DNA from: Escherichia phage vB_EcoM_DE17
Length of the DNA: 64,000 nt
Reading direction: 5' to 3' (one strand)
Sequence record: OP595146.1
Below the pieces are notes generated by a model. That model was not told where the DNA came from and searched no databases. It saw nothing but the letters and a program-made list of their open reading frames with translations. Each line of letters opens with the position of its first letter. The first letter of the stretch is position 1. A program made the translations under genes and the position numbers. This document shows, piece by piece, positions 28,239 to 35,781 of the stretch.

Positions 28239-28457
28239 ATGACACTTTCAGAGATTGAAGTTCAGTTGCAATGTGCTGGTTACTCTCAAAAAGAGATTGA
28301 AGGGATGTTTATCGTTCTTTGCAGTAGCTGTAGGAATTTGAAGGTAAACCCTGAAGTTCTACGTAGAGTCGATATCTTTATTGCTGGAGGCAAAATCGCA
28401 AAAGACAAGACAGGCTACTTAAAAGGTGAGCGTGTAAACATTGAGAGCTTATTATGA
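28239..28457 (+). CDS. hypothetical protein, paralog A1
   Basis: 72 aa, RBS GGAGG. Similar to 28660..28872 (MTL..., ...I.GKIA.D.TG.LKGER..I). Confidence 0.6.
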   Translation: MTLSEIEVQLQCAGYSQKEIEGMFIVLCSSCRNLKVNPEVLRRVDIFIAGGKIAKDKTGYLKGERVNIESLL

Positions 28458-28663
28458 GCCACCGTGGAAGAACCCATGCAGCGATGATGAAAGGTGCTTC
28501 AAAGGAGACTATCAAGAATCGTAAGCAGAAGTTGTTTGAGAGAATGAACAGGTTAATTGACAATTCATCTCTTTCAGGTTCTGAGAAAGTTTTCTTGAAA
28601 GGTAATCTGAAAAGCATTGCACAAGAACTTATTGACATTGAATATTGGAGACACCAAAAATGA
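28454..28663 (+). CDS. hypothetical basic protein
   Basis: 69-aa ORF with ATGA-type overlaps on both sides. Confidence 0.5.
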   Translation: MSHRGRTHAAMMKGASKETIKNRKQKLFERMNRLIDNSSLSGSEKVFLKGNLKSIAQELIDIEYWRHQK

Positions 28664-28872
28664 CACTTGCAGATGTTATCCAGCAACTTCACGACAATTG
28701 CTATACTCCAGAGTTGATTCAGGAAATGCTTATTGTAGTGATGCCTAGCAAGTTCGTAAAAGGTTTTAATCGTGACTCCTTAATGTCTGCGCATATCATT
28801 ATCGTTGACGGTAAGATTGCAAGGGACCGTACAGGAGTCCTTAAGGGTGAACGTATTAGTATTGACCTCTGA
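28660..28872 (+). CDS. hypothetical protein, paralog A2
   Basis: Start at the ATG at 28660 (MTLADVIQQL...), overlapping the previous stop. Paralog of 28239..28457. Confidence 0.6.
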   Translation: MTLADVIQQLHDNCYTPELIQEMLIVVMPSKFVKGFNRDSLMSAHIIIVDGKIARDRTGVLKGERISIDL

Positions 28873-28891
28873 GTATTGGGGGGACATCAAA

Positions 28892-29047
28892 ATGAAACGC
28901 AAAGTAAAATTATTTAGTTTATATGGAAGAGTCGGTAAAGGTTTTGATTGGCAACTGCTACGTTCAGATGTTAAAAGCAATGAATTAGCACAGCTTATTA
29001 TAAACTATCGACGAACGTACAGAGAGGTAGAACATCGTGAACAGTAG
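28892..29047 (+). CDS. small hypothetical protein (51 aa)
   Basis: Internal ATG of track ORF 28805..29047 (MKRKVKLFSLYGRVGKG...) behind GGGGGGA. Confidence 0.4.
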   Translation: MKRKVKLFSLYGRVGKGFDWQLLRSDVKSNELAQLIINYRRTYREVEHREQ

Positions 29048-29060
29048 TAGGAGAAGTATT

Positions 29061-29297
29061 ATGTGGAAAGCAGTAATTGTGTTTGGTGTTATCTTTCTGT
29101 CTGGCTGTAACCCATCTTACGAGGACAAAAACGCTTCTTATAGCCTCCCACCAGAGATGCAAGATTGCAAAGTCTATAAGTTAAATGGGGATGCAATAAG
29201 CACAGATATTGTTGTTGTCAGATGTCCAAACTCTCAAACGACAACATCTTATAGATATGGTAAAAATAGCCAATCACACACTACGGTTATTGAGTGA
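29061..29297 (+). CDS. predicted lipoprotein
   Basis: Start at the ATG at 29061 behind AGGAGAA. Signal peptide plus lipobox: MWKAVIVFGVIFLSGC. Small Cys-containing mature part. Confidence 0.65.
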   Translation: MWKAVIVFGVIFLSGCNPSYEDKNASYSLPPEMQDCKVYKLNGDAISTDIVVVRCPNSQTTTSYRYGKNSQSHTTVIE

Positions 29298-29307
29298 GGT
29301 TTTTACG

Positions 29308-29514
29308 ATGCAGGTCTTAATAAACTATATCTACTGTTATGATGTTGTTCACTCCACTACAACGGTAGCTCAACGTAACCCAATCGTCCCACGAGAGGGT
29401 GAGTTGGTTAGAATCGAGGGTTGGACTTACACTGTGGAAAGCATCATTCATAAGTTTGATGTTGCTGGTGATGTTCAAGTTATTGACGTAGAGATTGGTG
29501 GTAAGAGAAAATGA
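29308..29514 (+). CDS. hypothetical protein
   Basis: Internal ATG at 29308 (MQVLINYIY...) behind GAGG; 68 aa. Confidence 0.45.
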   Translation: MQVLINYIYCYDVVHSTTTVAQRNPIVPREGELVRIEGWTYTVESIIHKFDVAGDVQVIDVEIGGKRK

Positions 29515-29714
29515 CTGTAGAAGATAAATTTAAGAACGCAGTTCTTACAGAAGATGGTGAGCTTGAAACATTCATTCTTCGTGTTGATGGTAAGCTATTC
29601 CGGTGTCGTTGTGGGTCAAACTGTTTTCACAAACCTGATAACACAAAGTTAGACATATACGAGTGTAATAACTGTGGGGTAAGGTTCTTAGGTAAGATTA
29701 AGGATATGCAATGA
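29511..29714 (+). CDS. zinc-ribbon protein, paralog B1
   Basis: CRCGSNCFHKPD...CNNCG. Paralog of 30039..30230. Confidence 0.6.
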   Translation: MTVEDKFKNAVLTEDGELETFILRVDGKLFRCRCGSNCFHKPDNTKLDIYECNNCGVRFLGKIKDMQ

Positions 29715-29977
29715 AGATAACTCAAGAAATGAAGGGATTGTATGAGAAAAGTCTGGTAATCCCTCCAAAGACTAATACTAAGAAATTACTATTTGACTCT
29801 TGGTTAGATAGCTCTACATATGGGAAGTACTACCTAAAGGTTATTTCATTTGGTGAAAGACCAGAATCACCAGAATTTTATGAGAGCTACATAAATGAGC
29901 AAGATAAAAAATGTTTATGTTTCTACGAAAAACACATGGAATTAGTAAATTCAATTAATCACGAAAGAGAGCTTTGA
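29711..29977 (+). CDS. hypothetical protein
   Basis: 88-aa ORF with a 4-nt overlap to the upstream gene. Confidence 0.5.
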   Translation: MKITQEMKGLYEKSLVIPPKTNTKKLLFDSWLDSSTYGKYYLKVISFGERPESPEFYESYINEQDKKCLCFYEKHMELVNSINHEREL

Positions 29978-30038
29978 TGGTTGTGCTTGGCACTACTTCT
30001 ACTCAAAAGGTTGCATAGCTTGTGAGGCAAGAGATAAA

Positions 30039-30230
30039 ATGAACAAAGAAGATAAACATAAAAATGCTGTACGAACTCCTGATGGAAAGGTTCAATCCTT
30101 CATCCTTACAGTTGGTGGAAAGCCATTTCGTTGCCACTGCGGAGCAAACTGTTTTCATAAACCAGATAAAAATGACTTAGAGCTTTACGCATGTAATGCT
30201 TGCAATACTTGGTATCACTCAGAGGAATAA
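30039..30230 (+). CDS. zinc-ribbon protein, paralog B2
   Basis: MNKEDKHKNAVRTPDGKVQSFILTVGGKPFRCHCGANCFHKPD...CNACN aligns along its full length with 29511..29714. Confidence 0.6.
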   Translation: MNKEDKHKNAVRTPDGKVQSFILTVGGKPFRCHCGANCFHKPDKNDLELYACNACNTWYHSEE

Positions 30231-30231
30231 A

Positions 30232-31335
30232 ATGACAATTCTGTACAAACAAAATAAAGATAACTCTTTTAACGTCTGGTCATGCGTTGCTGTAGGTGAC
30301 AAAGTTATTACAACCTACGGTAAAGAAAATGGCAAGATGATGTTTGAAGAGTATACAGCAGAACCTAAAAACATCGGTAAAAAGAACGAGCGTAACGCTG
30401 AACAGCAAGCTCTCTTTGAAGTCGCTGCTAAGTATAAAAAGCAAGTTGACCGCAAAGGTTATGCTTACACAAAAGAATCTGCACAGAATACTGAGAAGGT
30501 AGGTGTGCAGCTTGCTCATGATGCTGCAAAGGTTAGTCATGCAAAGTATCTGAAGTTCCCTGCTGATGCTCAACCGAAACTTGATGGTGTCCGTTGTAGG
30601 ATTTCAAGGCACTTAAGTATTGGCAGTGTATTCACAGCATACTCTCGTGAAAATACTGTTTACAAAATCCCTACTGAACTAATACCTGATATTATGGCAA
30701 TGTTAAGGCTCCACAAAGATGTTGATGAATTTGATGGAGAGATTTATGCTCATGGGTGGGACTTAGAAGATATTGTCTCTATGATTAAAAATGAAGACAA
30801 TCCTGACCGTCATCTACTTAAGTTTTACTGGTATGATATCTGTGACAGTACTAAGACGTGGCCTGAGCGTAGAGATATTATTGAGACTTCACCATTGAAT
30901 GACTTTAGAGACGGCTGTAAAGTTGTTCCTGTTAAGTCTCGTCGTGTAAATTCTTGGGAAGAGTTTGATGAAGCTCATGATAAGTGGGTTGAAGCTAAGT
31001 TTGAAGGTGCAATGTACCGTTCAATCTCTGAAGACTCCTTCTATGAGTGCTGTCACCGTTCATACTTCTTGATTAAGCACAAGAAGATGCACACTGAAGA
31101 GTTTAAAGTGACTGGTGTAAAGACTGATAAGCGTGGTCATGGCAAGTTCGTTGTAGAGACTCTTCCTAACGTCTTTGTAGATGTCTCATGGAAGACTACT
31201 CATGAGAAGAAACAGTATCTTGCTGAGCATCCTGAAGAGTTTATTGGGAAGCCTTTAACGGTTCAGTTCCAGAAGATGACTCGTAAGGGTTCTTTACAGT
31301 TCCCTGTTGGGCTAGTTATCAGGGATTACGAATAA
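30232..31335 (+). CDS. ATP-dependent DNA ligase
   Basis: Start at the ATG at 30232 behind GAGGAA. Adenylation motif I AQPKLDGVRC, later EGAMYR-type motif; about 367 aa. Confidence 0.8.
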   Translation: MTILYKQNKDNSFNVWSCVAVGDKVITTYGKENGKMMFEEYTAEPKNIGKKNERNAEQQALFEVAAKYKKQVDRKGYAYTKESAQNTEKVGVQLAHDAAKVSHAKYLKFPADAQPKLDGVRCRISRHLSIGSVFTAYSRENTVYKIPTELIPDIMAMLRLHKDVDEFDGEIYAHGWDLEDIVSMIKNEDNPDRHLLKFYWYDICDSTKTWPERRDIIETSPLNDFRDGCKVVPVKSRRVNSWEEFDEAHDKWVEAKFEGAMYRSISEDSFYECCHRSYFLIKHKKMHTEEFKVTGVKTDKRGHGKFVVETLPNVFVDVSWKTTHEKKQYLAEHPEEFIGKPLTVQFQKMTRKGSLQFPVGLVIRDYE

Positions 31336-31341
31336 AAGTTG

Positions 31342-31369
31342 TTGACATAGAAAATTTGGTGAGTATACT
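31342..31369 (+). promoter_or_regulatory. sigma70-like promoter
   Basis: TTGACA (31342-31347), 16 nt, TATACT (31364-31369). The -10 lies inside the inverted repeat GGTGAGTA...TACTCACC. Confidence 0.6.
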
Positions 31370-31543
31370 GAGCAGCATAAACTAACAGGTACTCACCAGC
31401 ATCACTTAAGAGTCTTTTAAGAGGGTTTTAAGTAATGTATTGCACGGCAAGGCGATGTGAAGTCTGGTTTTGCATGGTGTGGTCTGGTATGGAAGGATGG
31501 CAGTAGCCTTATAAAAAATCTGCCAAATAAGCTATAAAATCTG

Positions 31544-31572
31544 TTGACAAGTCAGGTGTTATAGCTTATTTT
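31544..31572 (+). promoter_or_regulatory. possible sigma70-like promoter
   Basis: TTGACA (31544-31549), 17 nt, TATTTT. Upstream of the secreted-protein gene. Confidence 0.4.
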
Positions 31573-31616
31573 TATGCTCAATGTAATACAAAATTTAATA
31601 TAACTTTGAGGTCATT

Positions 31617-32000
31617 ATGAAAAAGATTTTATTAGCTGCTGCAATGGTTATGTCAATGAATTTACCAGTCAATGCAACAGAACTCCCAAATGTGGACTTA
31701 TCAGGTGTTCCAGAAGACACTTGTCAGATTGTTAAAGGTGTTGCTTTGACTAATGGTGAGTTACTTAAACCAATCTCTGAAGAGTCTTTAACAGAGATGA
31801 CTGATAAGGTAACTGACTATCAGTATCGTGTTCTTGCAGAGTATTTCCTGCAATCTGCAAATATTAAAGAGAAGCACCCTGATGATATTGATGTACAGGC
31901 TATGCTCAATCATCGTATTCAGTTTAAAGAAGATTTGATGCAAAAAGCTATGTATGGTGTTGAGTATTTCTTAGAAAACAGAAGCTGCACAGGTATTTGA
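31617..32000 (+). CDS. secreted/periplasmic hypothetical protein
   Basis: Sec-type signal peptide MKKILLAAAMVMSMNLPVNA-TE. RBS GAGG. Confidence 0.6.
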   Translation: MKKILLAAAMVMSMNLPVNATELPNVDLSGVPEDTCQIVKGVALTNGELLKPISEESLTEMTDKVTDYQYRVLAEYFLQSANIKEKHPDDIDVQAMLNHRIQFKEDLMQKAMYGVEYFLENRSCTGI

Positions 32001-32001
32001 T

Positions 32002-32214
32002 ATGGCTCTTAAAAAGTTACATCCTAGAAGTGGTTATGGTAAGATAATTGATGATACAGACGGCTTTACAGTCTTTACAGTTATCTGTCAAGATGATTCA
32101 CAGATTGAAAAGGCTCTTGATGATTATCTTAACGATGAACGTGAAAAGGTTAGGGCTACAAACATAGATTCATTGATTGACACTTCACGCAAACGGAAGA
32201 AGAAAGATGAATGA
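32002..32214 (+). CDS. hypothetical protein
   Basis: 70-aa ORF with a basic C-terminus. Confidence 0.5.
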   Translation: MALKKLHPRSGYGKIIDDTDGFTVFTVICQDDSQIEKALDDYLNDEREKVRATNIDSLIDTSRKRKKKDE

Positions 32215-32506
32215 GACTTTTGACCCTTATGCTCCACAAGATGATTGGGAGGCTGACAGAGAGGTTGAAATGGAGAGTTATATTTGTCCAATGGATGTAG
32301 ACGAAATGAGAGATTTCGTTGCACATCGTTTTAAGAGAGAGATTAAATCCAGAGGTCTTTCTCAAGAGCAAGTTGCTAAAATTTGTGGTATCTCTCAGGC
32401 TCGCGTATCCAACATAATCCACCTCACTGGTAATGTCTCCCTTGAGTATATGTTGGAAGTATGCGAAAAATTTGGTGTTAATTTTAATTTAAGGCTGGCA
32501 GATTAA
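32207..32506 (+). CDS. XRE-family helix-turn-helix protein
   Basis: Start at the ATG at 32207, overlapping the upstream stop. HTH: RGLSQEQVAKICGISQARVSNIIH. Confidence 0.65.
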   Translation: MNETFDPYAPQDDWEADREVEMESYICPMDVDEMRDFVAHRFKREIKSRGLSQEQVAKICGISQARVSNIIHLTGNVSLEYMLEVCEKFGVNFNLRLAD

Positions 32507-32507
32507 T

Positions 32508-32867
32508 ATGAAACGTGAAAATATTATCCACTCTGAAAACTTCGCATTAGGCTTTTATGGTGTACCTACTCACCTTGAAAAGTATTATGGTGTGAAGATT
32601 CTTTCCAATCTCATTATTGCTTATAAAGATGGTAAGATTAAGCATACTGAGAAGAAACGTGTCATGGGTTATATGGCTGTAGGTTCAGCAATCTCAAACA
32701 TTAAGCTGGAAACAACTAGTAGCCAGATTGTAAAAGACCACTTCATCAAAGAGCTTTACCACAATCTTGATGGTGTAGCTGTTCAGGCTGTTTGGCTGGA
32801 TGTTGATGGTCACAATTACACAAGCTTCGTTTTCAAAAATGATGACATTAAGTGTCTGTTCCCATAA
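32508..32867 (+). CDS. hypothetical protein
   Basis: 119-aa ORF starting 2 nt after the XRE gene stop. Confidence 0.5.
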   Translation: MKRENIIHSENFALGFYGVPTHLEKYYGVKILSNLIIAYKDGKIKHTEKKRVMGYMAVGSAISNIKLETTSSQIVKDHFIKELYHNLDGVAVQAVWLDVDGHNYTSFVFKNDDIKCLFP

Positions 32868-32880
32868 TAGGTGATTAACT

Positions 32881-33396
32881 ATGATTGATGTCTACTTACA
32901 AGATGCTCATGCAGATTTCCTTAAAGTGATGCTTAAAAAGTTTATGGCTTCACAGTGTGAGAATGAAGCATCTTTTAAAATAGTTACATGTGGCGATGAA
33001 GCTGGTTTTGTTGAGATTGAACATGAAGGTACTGGAAAGATTGTTTGTAAGTTACCTGATAGTATGTTCTCTAACACATTCTTAACAAAGACTAGTATAA
33101 ATGTTAAGCTTGTACCTCAGATTGAAACATACTCTGGTACAGATTACCCTAAAGGTTTTAAGTCACTGATGAAGTACTTCTTAGATGACTTTGTGAGTAA
33201 TCTTCTGAGAGAGGTAAAAGAAAGTCGTACAGTGTTGACTGTAGAGAACATGGGAGGAACTATCAGGGTTACTTCTGACTGTTTTGTTATGAGCCTCTTC
33301 GACTTCGTTCCTAAGAACTTTGATGGTATTCTGGATGAAGAAGATGACTGTGTAGATTTTATATTGGTTCTTGAACCAGTTTTTGAGGTTAAATAA
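32881..33396 (+). CDS. hypothetical protein
   Basis: 171-aa ORF. Confidence 0.5.
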   Translation: MIDVYLQDAHADFLKVMLKKFMASQCENEASFKIVTCGDEAGFVEIEHEGTGKIVCKLPDSMFSNTFLTKTSINVKLVPQIETYSGTDYPKGFKSLMKYFLDDFVSNLLREVKESRTVLTVENMGGTIRVTSDCFVMSLFDFVPKNFDGILDEEDDCVDFILVLEPVFEVK

Positions 33397-33657
33397 ATGA
33401 AAATTGAACACTGCTATGAGTCTGACGGAGCACCTATCCGTTGTCCACATTGTGGATGCACAGACTTACAAGGTGAGGTAAGTGAAATAGTCAACGGTCA
33501 TATTGCTGAAGAGAGTACAAGGTGTACAGGGTGTAGTGAAGTTATTGCTTTCTGGGCTTATGGTTCATACCAGCCTACGCCACACTTAATCTACCATAGC
33601 AATAAAGCTGTGAAGAATGTTATCAACTGGTTCATTAAGAAAGGGTTTACAAAATGA
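33397..33657 (+). CDS. zinc-ribbon hypothetical protein
   Basis: CPHCGC...CTGC cysteine pairs; 86 aa. Confidence 0.5.
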   Translation: MKIEHCYESDGAPIRCPHCGCTDLQGEVSEIVNGHIAEESTRCTGCSEVIAFWAYGSYQPTPHLIYHSNKAVKNVINWFIKKGFTK

Positions 33658-34199
33658 TTAAATTAATCTTTGCAAGTGGTGAAAATGGTGAGTTTGGTAC
33701 TCCAACTGGTATGCCGTGGCCTCGACATAAACAGGACATGCAAGAGTTTAAGAGACTCACTAAAAACAACTTAGTAGTGATGGGTAATGAGACTTTCAAG
33801 ACTCTGGGGAGTAAACCTTTACCAGAACGTGCAAACCTAATCTTAACAAATTCTGTACCATACTTAGGCATAGACTTTGGCAAAGATGAGGTAATGTATG
33901 CTAAGGCCAGCAAAGAATCCTTTGGAGCATTTTTGAACTATCTTGATAGCTCTATTGATGAAGATGTCTTTGTAATTGGTGGTGCAGGTGTCCTTGTCAA
34001 TGCTTTACCATATGCTGGTGTAGTTTTCCATACAGTTTTCCATAAAGTTACTGAAGAGGCCACTGTGTATTTACCTTTTGAAAACTTTTTTGAGAAGTTG
34101 TATGATAACCGTGTATTTACAAAGGTACAGTCAAAACCATCAGAGGATGGTAAAGCAACCTTTGAAATTTATGTTCCACAAGTAAAAGGGCACTTTTGA
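33654..34199 (+). CDS. frd: dihydrofolate reductase
   Basis: N-terminus MIKLIFASGENGEFGTPTGMPWP and VIGGAGV motif; directly upstream of thyA. Confidence 0.8.
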   Translation: MIKLIFASGENGEFGTPTGMPWPRHKQDMQEFKRLTKNNLVVMGNETFKTLGSKPLPERANLILTNSVPYLGIDFGKDEVMYAKASKESFGAFLNYLDSSIDEDVFVIGGAGVLVNALPYAGVVFHTVFHKVTEEATVYLPFENFFEKLYDNRVFTKVQSKPSEDGKATFEIYVPQVKGHF

Positions 34200-34200
34200 T

Positions 34201-35100
34201 ATGTCACAAGCAGATACAAGTTACAAAAATATCCTGAACCATGTTTTATCAGTTGGTGAACTGCGTACTACACGAACTGGAGATGTTATCTCTGCTTTTG
34301 CTCCACCTCAGTTTCGATTTGATATGCGAACTGGTTTCCCGCTCTTAACATCTAAACAGGTGTTTACACGGCAAGTTATCGGGGAAGCTTTATGGTTCCT
34401 GAATGGTGAGAATAAGCTGGGTGAACTCCGTTACCGCACTTGGGGTGAAAATGATGGGGAACGCTGGACTATCTGGTCAGATGATTTTAAACGCTGGTTA
34501 AGCTCTAATTATTCTTCTGAACAAGATTGGTTAGAGGATGCAGGTGGAAGAATCTATGGGGTGCAGTGGAGAAACTTTGAAGGTCATAACGGTTGTGTTG
34601 TAGACCAGTTAGAGACCTTAGTAACGAAGATGAAGGGTGATATCACAGACCGTTACATGCTTGTTAATGCTTGGAATGCAGCAGATATTGCAGCAAACTC
34701 AATGGCTTTAGCACCTTGTCATGTTCTGTTTCAGATTTATATCACTAATGAGGGTGAAGTTGACTTACAATGGTATCAGCGTTCAGTGGACACCTTCTTA
34801 GGACTTCCGTTTAATATTGCATCTTACGGTTTTATTCTGGAAGTTCTTTGTAAGATGACTGGATACACTCCACGGTACTTGATAGGTGTCTTTGGAGATA
34901 CTCAGATTTATCAGAACCATATGAAGCAGGTTTATGAACTGATGAACAATGAAGAGTTCCATGCACCAACTTTTGAGATTGGTATCCCACTTAACACTTT
35001 AAGTGACTTAAAACATCTTACAGCAAGTGATTTTATTGGTGGGATTAATAACTACCAACATGCAGGTAAGATTGAAGCACCTCTGTCAGTAGGCAAGTAA
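34201..35100 (+). CDS. thyA: thymidylate synthase
   Basis: Active-site LAPCHVLFQ and RIYGVQWR motifs; 299 aa, uninterrupted. Confidence 0.9.
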   Translation: MSQADTSYKNILNHVLSVGELRTTRTGDVISAFAPPQFRFDMRTGFPLLTSKQVFTRQVIGEALWFLNGENKLGELRYRTWGENDGERWTIWSDDFKRWLSSNYSSEQDWLEDAGGRIYGVQWRNFEGHNGCVVDQLETLVTKMKGDITDRYMLVNAWNAADIAANSMALAPCHVLFQIYITNEGEVDLQWYQRSVDTFLGLPFNIASYGFILEVLCKMTGYTPRYLIGVFGDTQIYQNHMKQVYELMNNEEFHAPTFEIGIPLNTLSDLKHLTASDFIGGINNYQHAGKIEAPLSVGK

Positions 35101-35102
35101 AA

Positions 35103-35140
35103 CAAAAAAGGCTCCCGTAAAAAGGAGCCTTAAATTTTAT
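35103..35140. terminator. bidirectional rho-independent terminator between convergent thyA and the tail-module end
   Basis: AAAAAAGGCTCC-CGTAAAAA-GGAGCCTTAAATTTTATTTTT, with T-runs on both strands. Confidence 0.8.
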
Positions 35141-35508
35141 TTTTCAGTATTCTTTGTGTTCTTTTCAGTAATAGCTTGCAAGGCTGATACTGATTGAGCC
35201 AGATTGTTCACACTGTCAGAGAATTTATCAAGAGTCTTAGTAAGTTTTGCATTCTCACCCTTAACATTCTCTAACTGAACTTTCTGGTTCTCCATCCCTA
35301 GCTGAATCAGTCTCATGTCAGACTGTAAATCACGAATAGCTGAGTAATTACTTTTGGAATAATTATCTAACTGCTGTAACTTTGTTGTGACAGAAACTTC
35401 TTGTTTACCACTTGAAACTTGCATGGTGGTATACATCCCAATAACACTAAAAATACCAACTACAATTGCACCAATATTATTTTTAAAAGCTTCCTCTAGC
35501 CACTTCAT
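35137..35508 (-). CDS. membrane-anchored coiled-coil protein
   Basis: N-terminal TM helix (IGAIVVGIFSVIGMYTT), then a heptad-rich region; 123 aa. Confidence 0.5.
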   Translation of the reverse strand: MKWLEEAFKNNIGAIVVGIFSVIGMYTTMQVSSGKQEVSVTTKLQQLDNYSKSNYSAIRDLQSDMRLIQLGMENQKVQLENVKGENAKLTKTLDKFSDSVNNLAQSVSALQAITEKNTKNTEK

Positions 35509-35702
35509 TTATTCTCCCCCTTAAAAGCTTTTTCTAAGTTATCTACGAACTCATCATCAATAGGTGTGTCTGTTTTACTCGCAAGATATCTTGCAAGCTT
35601 AAAGAACACTTTCTCAATCATGTATTCACTTAGAAGGGATAAAATGAGTTTCCAGAAGAAGCTACCTAGATTTTTTAGAAGAATTGCTAGGATTGTAGGC
35701 AT
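35505..35702 (-). CDS. small membrane protein
   Basis: 65 aa with a hydrophobic N-terminus: MPTILAILLKNLGSFFWKLILSLL. Confidence 0.5.
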   Translation of the reverse strand: MPTILAILLKNLGSFFWKLILSLLSEYMIEKVFFKLARYLASKTDTPIDDEFVDNLEKAFKGENK

Positions 35703-35781
35703 TTAATCACCTCATCAGCCAAGATGGTGAGAATACCCATAAAGAATATTAACACCATCTTAACAATCAGTCAACAAGTGA

